Notes: a model not told the origin generated them from the letters alone. A DNA stretch of 64,000 nucleotides from Steroidobacteraceae bacterium (GCA_035720205.1 DASTOQ010000118.1:6546-70545), one strand, 5' to 3'. Counted from the first letter of the stretch, positions 19,024 through 27,932 are shown. Made by a program: numbers and translations.

Positions 19024-19746
19024 TCAGTCGCCGGTCCCGGCGGCGCGCGCCACGTAGGCGCAGAATTCGCATTCCTCGCCGGGGGCCGGCGCGTCCGCCG
19101 ATTCCGCGAGCTCCACGGCGCTGCGGAAGGTCGGCAGCACCCATTCGTCGTCGCCGTCGTAGGGAATCATGTAGAGGTCGAACTGCAGCCTGCCGCCGAA
19201 CTCGCCGGCCGCGGCATCGCCGTTCGCATAGACGAACCAGCCGCGGTCGCTGACCTCGAAGCGCTGGCGCCGGACCAGGAACTGGTACACGTCCATCTGC
19301 CGCTGGTACGACGGGTACAGCTTTGCGGCGGAGGGGGCCTCCGCGCGCGCAGTCGCCTTGTAATCCGCGACGATGAGTTCCCCGGTCGCCGCCTGCCACA
19401 GGTCGTCCACCGCGCCGAACAGGGTCCAGCCGGTTTCGTCGTCCAGCCAGCGCACGCCGGTGAAGTTGTGGCGCCAGCGGCCGAGTTCCGGATGCGCGAA
19501 GGGCACGGCATCGAGGTCCGCCGCCACCATCAGCGGATGCGGCTCGCCGGCCTCGCGGTAGCGGTCGAACTCCGCCTTCAGCAGCGCATCCACGGCGTTG
19601 TTGAGCGTGAATGGCGGCCCGCTCGGGCGGCGCACGCCCTGGCCGACGTCCAGCCAGAAGCAGCGCGGGCACTCGACGAACAGGTCGATCTTGGAGCGGC
19701 TGAGCTGGCGGCGCTGGCGCGAGTGGCTGGGCATTGCAGTGCACAA
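19024..19746 (-). CDS. PD-(D/E)XK nuclease family protein (Cas4/RecB-like fold) with terminal Cys pairs
   Basis: 240 aa. N-terminal CPRC, central D...(IVADYK) nuclease motif, C-terminal CEFC. Confidence 0.65.
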   Translation of the reverse strand: MCTAMPSHSRQRRQLSRSKIDLFVECPRCFWLDVGQGVRRPSGPPFTLNNAVDALLKAEFDRYREAGEPHPLMVAADLDAVPFAHPELGRWRHNFTGVRWLDDETGWTLFGAVDDLWQAATGELIVADYKATARAEAPSAAKLYPSYQRQMDVYQFLVRRQRFEVSDRGWFVYANGDAAAGEFGGRLQFDLYMIPYDGDDEWVLPTFRSAVELAESADAPAPGEECEFCAYVARAAGTGD

Positions 19747-19887
19747 TGCCGCCGGCGGGGCGGGTAAGGCAATAGCTGGCTGCGGCGAAGCGTTCAGGTG
19801 GCAGGATGAACTGGCGGGCCCCTGCGCTGGTCAGACCCTATCATCCAGATTGCCGCCCGGGCTGTTGGGCGGCCGAGGGAGGGTGCC

Positions 19888-20511
19888 ATGCCCGCGTCGA
19901 ACCGTTTCCTGCCGTCCTGGCGCAGCCTTTCCGCCTCGCTGGTCCTCGCCTGCGCGCCGCTCGCCGGCGATGCCATGGAGGCGCCCGCCTCGGCCCTCGC
20001 CGAAGGCATCGACCAGCTGCGCCAGACGGTCGGCACCTGGAACGTCACGACGACGCAGTATCGCGACGACGGCACCATCGCCAGGACCGTTGCCGGAACC
20101 TACCAGTTCGAGTGGGTCGTGCCGGATCGCGTGATCTCGGGCCGCTCGAACATCCCGATGCTGCGGGAGATGTCGGGCATCCTGATCTACGTCAACGAAC
20201 AGCGTGCGGCGCTCGAGATGGCGCAGGTGGACGCCAATGGCCAGCTCACGGTCCTGAGCGGCGCCGCGGGTAAGGAACTGCGCAGCACCGCCCCGGCCGC
20301 GGCGCCGGACGGCTCGAAGCGGCAGCTGCGCGTCACCCGGCTGAATGCCGGGCCGGATTGCTTCGAGTCGCGCCTCGACGTGAGCACGGACGGCGGCATG
20401 AGCTGGCGGCCCGGCCAGTACCAGCGCTTCGTGCGCGCCAAGGGCGAGGCCGGCGAAGCCGCCGGCCTGCGCTACCGCAAGCGCTCCCAGAACTACGTCC
20501 CCCTCACCTGA
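19888..20511 (+). CDS. Hypothetical secreted protein
   Basis: 207 aa. GAGGGAGG SD before the ATG and a signal-like N-terminus. I did not recognise a family. Confidence 0.6.
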   Translation: MPASNRFLPSWRSLSASLVLACAPLAGDAMEAPASALAEGIDQLRQTVGTWNVTTTQYRDDGTIARTVAGTYQFEWVVPDRVISGRSNIPMLREMSGILIYVNEQRAALEMAQVDANGQLTVLSGAAGKELRSTAPAAAPDGSKRQLRVTRLNAGPDCFESRLDVSTDGGMSWRPGQYQRFVRAKGEAGEAAGLRYRKRSQNYVPLT

Positions 20512-20580
20512 TAAAGGGGACGCATCCCATTTAGAAAGGGACCGCTGCTCCCCTTTCTAAATGGGATGCGTCCCCTTTAT
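20511..20580. repeat. REP-like element, locus 2: perfect 30-bp inverted repeat with a 10-nt loop (likely bidirectional terminator)
   Basis: ATAAAGGGGACGCATCCCATTTAGAAAGGG (20511-20540), loop ACCGCTGCTC, then the exact reverse complement (20551-20580). It spans the gap between two convergent stop codons. Confidence 0.85.
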
Positions 20581-21011
20581 TGGCGGGCGGGGACAAGGAG
20601 GACCGGCACGGTCGAGCGGCGGACCACGCCTTCGGCGACGCTGCCGACCAGGATATCGTAGACCGCGCCGTGGCCGTGGCTGCCGAGCACGATGAGCCCG
20701 GCGCCGAGCTTCTCCGCCTCCGCGATCAGCGTTTCGACCGTCGCGCCCTGCAGCAGCAACGCGGTCGTGTCGATCTCATCCGCGCGCAGGTCTTCCGCCA
20801 GCCGCTGCAGCTGCTGGTGCCGGGCACGGTGTTCGACCGCAACCTGTCCCCGCACGACGTCAGGCCCGGCGCTGTAACCGACGAAATCCGGCTCCGGTGG
20901 CGCGACGTGAACGAGAATCACCTTCGCAGGCATGGTCGCCGCGATGCGCCGCAGCGCATCCGTCACGTCCTGGGTGACCGCCGAGAAATCCACCGCCGCC
21001 AGGATGTTCAT
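20577..21011 (-). CDS. Universal stress protein (UspA family)
   Basis: MNILAAVDFSAVT... ending GSHGHGAVYDILVGSVAEGVVRRSTVPVLLV. Its ATG overlaps the upstream TGA (ATGA). Confidence 0.85.
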   Translation of the reverse strand: MNILAAVDFSAVTQDVTDALRRIAATMPAKVILVHVAPPEPDFVGYSAGPDVVRGQVAVEHRARHQQLQRLAEDLRADEIDTTALLLQGATVETLIAEAEKLGAGLIVLGSHGHGAVYDILVGSVAEGVVRRSTVPVLLVPARQ

Positions 21012-22081
21012 ACGCCCGATCTCCGCGCGAGATGATCGCGCAACCAGGGCACGTCCCGCATCAGTAATTCCACGTAAGCGCGCGTGAACTTCAGCTGCGA
21101 TTCGCCCGAAAGGTGCGACCATTCCGGCACCACGAGCCCCCGCATCGACTCGTGGTCCTCGAAGTGGATGCCGTAGGCGCCGGTCACCGCGAGCAGCCGG
21201 TCCCAGGTCCGGGCCCGCGGCTGGCCCTGCCGCTCGCTCTCGAGGTAGAGTCCCGCCGACGGCGCGCGGATGAACACGACCTCGCCGCCACGTGCGCGGA
21301 TCATGTCCACGTGCGTCTTCGTCTCCGCGACGATGCGCTGCGCGTCGGCCTCTTCGATGCGCGGCTCGCCGTTGAACGGACCCCAGACCCAGCGTGCATG
21401 GTCGCGCAGGTACTCGTCCGTCTCGAGCCGCGGCCACATGGTGGTCTGGCGGTCCTCGAAGACCTCGGCGATTTTCCACACGTCCCGGACTGGCCCGCGC
21501 ACGCCCGGGCGGTCCTTGAGCGGGGCCGCGCGGTCGATCAGGTTGCCGAGGCGATAGGCGTCGTCCAGGAATGCGAGGTGGCGCTGCAGCTCGATCCAGA
21601 CGAGGTGCCCGAAACGCGACGACGGCGATTCTTCGTGCCAGAAGGCGGTGAGCCCGGCGAACACCGGGATCCCCGGCCAGTCGGTAAAGAAGATGTCCGG
21701 CGTGACGCCGACCACCAGCAGGCCGGCAAAGTCGCTGTTCACGGCCAGGTCCTTGAGGTGCGGCCGCGGGTTGGTGCCCGGCAGCGCGAGCTGGATCGGC
21801 CGCAGGCCGCTCAACTGCTCCCAGGTGTCGAGGTTCGTGTCGAACAGGATGCGCGAGGATCCGATGATCACCACGCCGTCGTGCTCCCCGGTCGCGACCT
21901 TGCGCCGCTCCACCGCCCAGTGCGACCTGCTGTCGTCGAGGTCGCCCGCGCGCAGGCCGAGCCGGCGCATCTGCAGTTCCCAGGCGGCCACGGCCGCGAC
22001 CACCAGCGCCAAGGCGAGCCACGCGGCGGCGCGCCAGCGATGCTGTGGAATGACCCGCGTGATGACCTCGTCCGGGGTCAC
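21008..22081 (-). CDS. Membrane-anchored protein, paralog B; putative SGNH/DltD-like accessory of the MBOAT
   Basis: I prefer the GTG at 22081. It overlaps the paralog A stop as GTGA, and the N-terminus then aligns with paralog A (TPDEVITRVIP vs QDEVTTRVVP). One N-terminal TM. Conserved GSSRILFDT, LPGTNP and E-x-SHLS. Confidence 0.7.
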   Translation of the reverse strand: MTPDEVITRVIPQHRWRAAAWLALALVVAAVAAWELQMRRLGLRAGDLDDSRSHWAVERRKVATGEHDGVVIIGSSRILFDTNLDTWEQLSGLRPIQLALPGTNPRPHLKDLAVNSDFAGLLVVGVTPDIFFTDWPGIPVFAGLTAFWHEESPSSRFGHLVWIELQRHLAFLDDAYRLGNLIDRAAPLKDRPGVRGPVRDVWKIAEVFEDRQTTMWPRLETDEYLRDHARWVWGPFNGEPRIEEADAQRIVAETKTHVDMIRARGGEVVFIRAPSAGLYLESERQGQPRARTWDRLLAVTGAYGIHFEDHESMRGLVVPEWSHLSGESQLKFTRAYVELLMRDVPWLRDHLARRSGV

Positions 22082-23148
22082 GATCCCGCCGCCGGGCGCC
22101 GGTCGAGCCACGGATGTCGCTGCACCAGGACGGCGACGTAGGCGCGCGTGAAGCGCGTCGCCGATTCACGCGAGAGATGCGACATCTCGACCACATCGAG
22201 CCCTTGCATGCCGGCATGGTCCTCGAAATGGATGCCGAAGGAACCGGTCTGCTCGAGCAGCGCATCCCAGGTTACGGCGCGCGGGACGACCTGCAGTTCC
22301 CGCTCGTACAGGTCGCCGTCGGACGGCGCGCGGACGAACACGACATCGCCGCCGCGGCTGCGGATCTTCTCGACGTCCGCGCGTACGGAGTCGATGATGG
22401 CCGGGAACCGGCTGGCGTCGACGGGCCGGCCGAAATTCAGCCGCCACACGGCCTTCGCGTGCTCCCGCAGCCGCGCGTCGGTCTGCAGCCGCGGCCACAG
22501 GAAGTACTGGCGGTCGTCGAAACTCTCCGACAGCTTCCAGACCCTCATGTGCGGCCGGCGAACGCCGGGCCGATCCGGGATGTCCAGCTGATCCACAAGC
22601 GTGCCGAGGCGGTACTGGTCGTCGAGGAACGCGAGGCGACGCGAGAGCAGCAGCCCGACCTGATGACCGAAACGCCGTGACGGCGACTCCTCGCGCCAGA
22701 GCGTGTTCAGTTCCAGGTACTCGGGAAACGCCGTGGTGAAGTCCGTGAAGAAAACGGCGGGTGTCACGCCGACGATCACCAGCCCGCTGAAATCGCCGTC
22801 CTCCGCGAATCCGCGCAGCAGGAACCGCGGGTTGGTGCCGGGCAATGCGAGCTGGATCGGCCGCCGGCCGGTCAGTTCCTCCCAGGCGTCCAGATCGGTG
22901 TCGAACAGGATCCGCGAAGAGCCGTGGATCACGACGCCGTCGTGCTTTCCGGCGGCGATCTTGCGCCGTTCCACCGACCAGTGCGAGACGCCGTCGTCGA
23001 GATCGCCGGCACGCAGGCCGAGCCGGCGCATCTGGACTTCCCATGCGGTCACGCCGGCGACGATCAGCGCCAGCAACAGCCAGCCGATCGCGCCCCAGCG
23101 CACCGCCGGGACTACGCGTGTCGTGACCTCGTCCTGCCGCAGTTCCAT
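22078..23148 (-). CDS. Membrane-anchored protein, paralog A; putative SGNH/DltD-like accessory of the MBOAT
   Basis: 356 aa. About half the residues are identical to the downstream paralog by eye. Same conserved blocks. Confidence 0.7.
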   Translation of the reverse strand: MELRQDEVTTRVVPAVRWGAIGWLLLALIVAGVTAWEVQMRRLGLRAGDLDDGVSHWSVERRKIAAGKHDGVVIHGSSRILFDTDLDAWEELTGRRPIQLALPGTNPRFLLRGFAEDGDFSGLVIVGVTPAVFFTDFTTAFPEYLELNTLWREESPSRRFGHQVGLLLSRRLAFLDDQYRLGTLVDQLDIPDRPGVRRPHMRVWKLSESFDDRQYFLWPRLQTDARLREHAKAVWRLNFGRPVDASRFPAIIDSVRADVEKIRSRGGDVVFVRAPSDGDLYERELQVVPRAVTWDALLEQTGSFGIHFEDHAGMQGLDVVEMSHLSRESATRFTRAYVAVLVQRHPWLDRRPAAGS

Positions 23149-23158
23149 CGTGACGGCC

Positions 23159-24586
23159 CTAGAACTGGAAGTAGATGAAAGCCTCGCCCGAGCCCTGAGT
23201 CGTGATCACGGCGAACAGCATCGCCGCCACCACCAGTCCGGTCAGCCACCACGGCGCGCGCGCGACGACCTCCTCGAGCGTACGCCTGCGCATCAGCCAC
23301 TGGATCGCGACCATGCCCGCGACGATCACCGCGACCTTGACCATGAACACGGTGGGCAGGACCGCCACCGGCTCCGCGACCAGGCCCGCCATGCCCGTCA
23401 GGATGCGCGCCGCACCCTCGAAGGTCTCGGCCCGGAAGAACACCCAGGTGATGTTGACCAGGAAATAGGTCGCGAGCGCGAGCGCGAACCGGTTCCACGC
23501 ACCGGCAGGATCGCCCTGCACGCCGCTGCGCGAGCGGATCCAGCGCTCGGCCGCGAGGTAGAAACCGTGCAGCCCGCCCCAGACCACGAAGGTCCAGCTG
23601 GCGCCGTGCCAGAGCCCGCCGAGCAGCATGGTCAGCATCAGGTTGACGTAGGTGCGCGCCTCGCTGCCGCGGTTGCCGCCCAGCGGGATGTACAGGTAGT
23701 CGCGCAGCCAGGTCGAGAGCGAGATGTGCCAGCGCCGCCAGAAGTCGGAGAAGCCGATCGCCGCGTACGGCATGCGGAAGTTGTCCGGCAGCGCGAAGCC
23801 GAGGCAGAGCGCCACGCCGATGGCGATGGTCGAGTAACCGGCGAAGTCGCAGAAGATCTGGCCCGAGAATGCCAGCGTGCCCAGCCAGGCGTCGGCGAAA
23901 CCGACCGGCTTGTTCGAGCCGAACACCGCGTCCGCCGAGGCCGCGAGTCCGCTGTCCGCGATCACGATCTTCATGAACAGGCCGAGCACCATGAGCGCGA
24001 GACCCCAGAACAGCTGGTCGCGCGTCGCCTGCACCGGGCGCGCGAACTGCGGCACCAGCTGGCCGGGACGCACGATCGGGCCCGCGACCAGCTGCGGAAA
24101 GAAGGTCACGAACAGCGAGAAGTCGAGGAACGAGGTCAGCGGCTTCGAGCGCCCGAGGTAGACGTCGAGCGTGTATGCCATGGTCTGGAAGGTGTAGAAC
24201 GAGATGCCGACCGGCAGGATGATGTTCCATTCGGGCGGCACGTAGGTGACGCCGACCGAGGCCATCAAGGCCTGCCAGTTCGCGAGCAGGAATTCGCCGT
24301 ACTTGAAGAACGCCAGGAAGCCGAGGTTGACGGCGAGCGAACCGAGCAGCCACGCGCGCCGCAGCGCCCGGCTCTTCTCGCGCGCGTTCCAGAGGCCGCG
24401 CGCGACATACCAGTCGACCAGGGTCGAGATCCACAACAGGATGACGAATGGCGGATTCCAGGCCGCGTAGAACAGGTAGCTCGCGACCAGCAGGTTGAAT
24501 TTCTTCGCGGTCCAGGGCAGCGGCAGCCGGTGCAGCAGCAATACCAGTGCGAAGAACACGACGAACGTGAGCGAATTGAAGACCAA
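23159..24586 (-). CDS. MBOAT-family membrane-bound O-acyltransferase (AlgI/DltB/PatA-like)
   Basis: 475 aa, polytopic. Typical AlgI-like N-terminus (MVFNSLTFVVFF...) and the conserved region GISFYTFQ ... FFPQLVAGPIVR ... WHISLSTWLRDYLYIPLGGNR ... GLWHGASW. Confidence 0.9.
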   Translation of the reverse strand: MVFNSLTFVVFFALVLLLHRLPLPWTAKKFNLLVASYLFYAAWNPPFVILLWISTLVDWYVARGLWNAREKSRALRRAWLLGSLAVNLGFLAFFKYGEFLLANWQALMASVGVTYVPPEWNIILPVGISFYTFQTMAYTLDVYLGRSKPLTSFLDFSLFVTFFPQLVAGPIVRPGQLVPQFARPVQATRDQLFWGLALMVLGLFMKIVIADSGLAASADAVFGSNKPVGFADAWLGTLAFSGQIFCDFAGYSTIAIGVALCLGFALPDNFRMPYAAIGFSDFWRRWHISLSTWLRDYLYIPLGGNRGSEARTYVNLMLTMLLGGLWHGASWTFVVWGGLHGFYLAAERWIRSRSGVQGDPAGAWNRFALALATYFLVNITWVFFRAETFEGAARILTGMAGLVAEPVAVLPTVFMVKVAVIVAGMVAIQWLMRRRTLEEVVARAPWWLTGLVVAAMLFAVITTQGSGEAFIYFQF

Positions 24587-24751
24587 CGAATCGCCTTTTC
24601 TGGTTGGTGTTTGGCGGCGCCCGCGAGTATGCGCAGCCTCTCGCTCTTGTGCAAATGCGTGGATAGGAGGACGCTTCGCTACTTGCGCGTCGGAGCGGCC
24701 AGACCGGATCCGACGGATTACGTTTAATAATCAACAGCTTAGGGGAACAGC

Positions 24752-25261
24752 ATGCGTCAGTTGAATTGGCTTGCGGCCGCGCTCGCGGCGGCCCTGGTGG
24801 CAGCGGGCTGCGCCGCGAAGGCACCGGCCGTGGACACCGCCGCAGAGGCAGAGGCGGTGCGTGAACGCTCGGCGGAGTGGCTGAGGCTTGCCCAGGCGAA
24901 GGATGCCGCTGCGATCGCGGGCGGCATCTACACCTCCGACGCGGTGACGATGTTCGACGGCCAGATCCGCAAGGGCGCGGCCGAGATCCAGGCCGGGATG
25001 GAGGCCGAAACGGCTGCCATGCCGAACTCGACCATCAGCTGGACCACCAGCGACGTGCGCGTCGCATCTTCCGGCGACATGGCCTGGGAGACCGGCTCCT
25101 GGACCTTCGACCCGGATGGCGATGGCGCACAGCCGGCCATCAACGGCGAGTTCATCACCGTCTGGACCAAGGTCGACGGCACCTGGCGCGCGGTGGCCGA
25201 CGCGGGTACTTCGCCGAAGACCGAGGAACCGGCCGCGCCCGAGGCCGAAACCGCTGCCTGA
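24752..25261 (+). CDS. SnoaL/DUF4440-like (NTF2 fold) lipoprotein
   Basis: 169 aa. Lipobox LVAAGC. NTF2-like core (DMAWETGSWTF...NGEFITVWTKVDGTWRAV). Confidence 0.65.
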   Translation: MRQLNWLAAALAAALVAAGCAAKAPAVDTAAEAEAVRERSAEWLRLAQAKDAAAIAGGIYTSDAVTMFDGQIRKGAAEIQAGMEAETAAMPNSTISWTTSDVRVASSGDMAWETGSWTFDPDGDGAQPAINGEFITVWTKVDGTWRAVADAGTSPKTEEPAAPEAETAA

Positions 25262-25322
25262 GCCGGGCGCCGCCGGCCACGCCGCCTCGCCCGGGCTGCT
25301 GCGCGGCCTGACGCGTCTCGAC

Positions 25323-26567
25323 GTGGCCTCGCTGACGATCAACTCGGTCGTCGGCGCCGGCGTGTTTGCATTGCCCGCGGGGCTCGCGGTGTCCTCGGGA
25401 CGCTGGAGCCTCGCGGTCATCCTCGCGGCCTTCGCCGTGGTCGCGGTGCTCGCGCTGTCGCTCGCCGAGGTCTCGAGCCGCTTCGACGTCACCGGCGGTC
25501 CGCAGGTCTACGCGCTGCGCACCTTCGGCCCGCTCGCCGGATTCACGGTCGGCTGGCTGTTCACCGTCTCGCGCTTCGCCTCCCACGCATTGATCGCGCA
25601 GGTCATGCTCGACTACGCGGCGGCGCTCTGGCCGGCGCTTGCGGGTTACTGGCCGCGTGCGACCGCGATCACGCTGGTGATGGCGCTGCTGACGGCCGTC
25701 AACCTGCGCGGCGTCAAGGGCGGCGCCTGGACCGGCAACCTGCTGACGGCACTGAAGCTGCTGCCGCTGGCCGCAATCGCGCTGGCCGGGATCTGGTACG
25801 CGGGCTGGAACAACCTGCCCGATACGGCCCCGCAGGAGCCCGGCGGCCTGGTCGCCGGCCTGCAGCTTGCGCTGTTCGCCTGCGTCGGGTTCGAGGTCGC
25901 AGCAACGGTCGCGGGCGAAATGCGCAACCCGCAGCGCGACCTCCCCTTCAGCATCCTGACAGGCCTGGGGATCTCCTGCCTGCTGTACCTGTTGCTGATG
26001 CTGGCGAGCTTCGGCGTGCTCGAGGACACGGCCTCCCACGCACGCCCGCTGGTGAGCGTCGCCGGGCATTTCCTCGGGCCGGCGGGTGGCACGCTGATGG
26101 CCGCAGCGGCCGTCGTCTCCTGCGCCGGCGGGCTCGCGGTCTCGATCCTGACCTCGCCGCGCAACATGTTCGCGCTCGCCGAGGCCGGCGACCTGCCGCG
26201 CGCGCTCGCGGCCGTGCACCCGGTCTGGCGCACGCCGCACGTCGCCATCCTCATCTTCGCCGTGCTGTCGTGGCTGGCGACGATCACCGGCACTTTCCGG
26301 TACCTGCTGGAGCTCTTCGTGATCTCGCGGATCCTCGCCTACGGCTCGACCAGCCTGGCGCTGATCGTGCTGCGCCGCCGGGAGGGTCCGGCGCCCGTGC
26401 CCGTTCCGGGCGGACGGGCGGTCGCCGTGCTCGCGCTCGCCGCCTGCGCGGGGATCGTGACGACGGCGACGCTGACTTCGGTGCGCGACGTCGCGATCGT
26501 GATCGCGATCGGGTTCGTGATCCGCGCGTTGGTGCGCCGGCGCGGCGCGGTGGCCGCGGAACGCTAG
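25323..26567 (+). CDS. APC-superfamily amino acid permease
   Basis: Polytopic, with TINSVVGAGVFALPAG near the N-terminus. Between the previous stop (25261) and TM1 the only canonical in-frame start is GTG 25323. The alternative ATG 25116/25122 would overlap the upstream gene by ~145 nt, so the start is uncertain. Confidence 0.7.
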   Translation: MASLTINSVVGAGVFALPAGLAVSSGRWSLAVILAAFAVVAVLALSLAEVSSRFDVTGGPQVYALRTFGPLAGFTVGWLFTVSRFASHALIAQVMLDYAAALWPALAGYWPRATAITLVMALLTAVNLRGVKGGAWTGNLLTALKLLPLAAIALAGIWYAGWNNLPDTAPQEPGGLVAGLQLALFACVGFEVAATVAGEMRNPQRDLPFSILTGLGISCLLYLLLMLASFGVLEDTASHARPLVSVAGHFLGPAGGTLMAAAAVVSCAGGLAVSILTSPRNMFALAEAGDLPRALAAVHPVWRTPHVAILIFAVLSWLATITGTFRYLLELFVISRILAYGSTSLALIVLRRREGPAPVPVPGGRAVAVLALAACAGIVTTATLTSVRDVAIVIAIGFVIRALVRRRGAVAAER

Positions 26568-26574
26568 CGCGCGC

Positions 26575-27552
26575 TCAGTCCGGCCAGGCGCGATCCGCCA
26601 GCCGGCAGCTGCCGCCGGCTGGCATCAGCTGCTGAATGCGGTCACGGGAGTCCTCGACCGATTTCATCAGCGGCGTGCCGGCGGCGAACGCCGCCGCACG
26701 CTCGAGCTGACGGCGGGCCTCGTCGAAGCAGCCGGCGCCCGCGAGCGTGAGTGCCAGGTTGTTGCGCGCCGCCGCATCCTGTGGCGCGAGCAGGATGGCG
26801 CGCAGGTACTTGTCCGCCGCGGCCTCGAGCTCGCCATCCGCGAAGGCGACGTTGCCGCGGCCGAGCCAGAACAGCGGCTCTTCCGGCCAGCGCGCGATGG
26901 CGGTGTCATAGGCGGCCGCCGCCGCGCGGCGCTCGCCCGCCGCCTCGAGGCCAGCCACGGCCTCCAGGTATCGATCCGGGGTCGCGTGCGCCGGAATGGC
27001 CTCCGGAGGAAGCACGGCGATCGCCCAGCGCCCGGCGCGGTGCCAGCTCGCGGCGAAGCGCTGCCAGCGCATCTCGAGCCGCTGCCTGGTGCCCGAACGC
27101 AGGGTCGCGACGTTCCTGTCCGCGTCGTAGCCGACCAGCACGGCGTAGTGCCAGCGCGGCAGGAGATCGGTGCCGAGATTCTGCAACAGCAGCACCGGCC
27201 GGCCTTCGGAGAGCTCCGCGACCAGCGCATCGCCGTGCCCCGGCAGCAGGTACGCGACGCGGCCATGCCGGCGCGCAGCGCCGATCAGCTCCGCCTGCAG
27301 CGAGCCCTTGCGCTTCGGGATGAAGGTCTGGGGAGCGAGCGTGGCGGGTGCGACGTCAATACCGCTCGCGCCCAGCACGGTCGCGAGCGCGGCCGGGCCG
27401 CACTGGAAATCTTCCTGTGGATGGAACGGGACGGAGGCCAGCTCGATCGAGCGCGGCGCCGCCGGCGGCAGGCCCTCGGCGAGGCGCGGCGAGCTGGCGC
27501 AGCCGGCGAGCAGCGCAGCGAGCGCCGCCGCCGGCAGCGCCGCGAATCTCAC
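26575..27552 (-). CDS. PA2778-family cysteine peptidase (C39-like) with C-terminal TPR repeats; lipoprotein
   Basis: 325 aa. Lipobox LLAGC. QCGPAALATVL (papain-like Cys) and HYAVLVGYD (His). TPR-like C-terminal half. Confidence 0.7.
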   Translation of the reverse strand: MRFAALPAAALAALLAGCASSPRLAEGLPPAAPRSIELASVPFHPQEDFQCGPAALATVLGASGIDVAPATLAPQTFIPKRKGSLQAELIGAARRHGRVAYLLPGHGDALVAELSEGRPVLLLQNLGTDLLPRWHYAVLVGYDADRNVATLRSGTRQRLEMRWQRFAASWHRAGRWAIAVLPPEAIPAHATPDRYLEAVAGLEAAGERRAAAAAYDTAIARWPEEPLFWLGRGNVAFADGELEAAADKYLRAILLAPQDAAARNNLALTLAGAGCFDEARRQLERAAAFAAGTPLMKSVEDSRDRIQQLMPAGGSCRLADRAWPD

Positions 27553-27932
27553 GCCTTCTTGAAGATGTCGATGACGCCGGTGAACTCGAGGATCATCAGC
27601 ACCAGGAACACGATACCGATGACGGCCAGCGCATCGCCGCCTGCCGGCGCCTGCTCCAGTTGCTCCCCGAGCAGGGCGAGTTCCGCGTCTGTCAGCGCGG
27701 CCAGGCGGCCGTCGACCTCGGCGGGATCCACGCCCAGCGCCACCATGCGTTCGCGCACGTCGTCGCGCGCGAGCACCCCGCGCACGGCCGCGAGCGGGTC
27801 GGCCGCCTGGGCCGCCGCGACGGCCTCGGCCGTCCCGACGATGCCTGCAGCCGCGGGCGCCTGCAGGCCGAGCGAAACGAGACTCGCGCTCACGAGTACC
27901 GCACAGGCGCGGCGAAACCGTTCAATACCCAT
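27549..27932 (-). CDS. PA2779-family small protein (signal peptide plus C-terminal TM segment)
   Basis: Start at MGIERFRRACAVLV (27932) with GGAGGTG upstream. It ends ...APAGGDALAVIGIVFLVLMILEFTGVIDIFKKA. The stop overlaps the peptidase ATG. Confidence 0.65.
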   Translation of the reverse strand: MGIERFRRACAVLVSASLVSLGLQAPAAAGIVGTAEAVAAAQAADPLAAVRGVLARDDVRERMVALGVDPAEVDGRLAALTDAELALLGEQLEQAPAGGDALAVIGIVFLVLMILEFTGVIDIFKKA

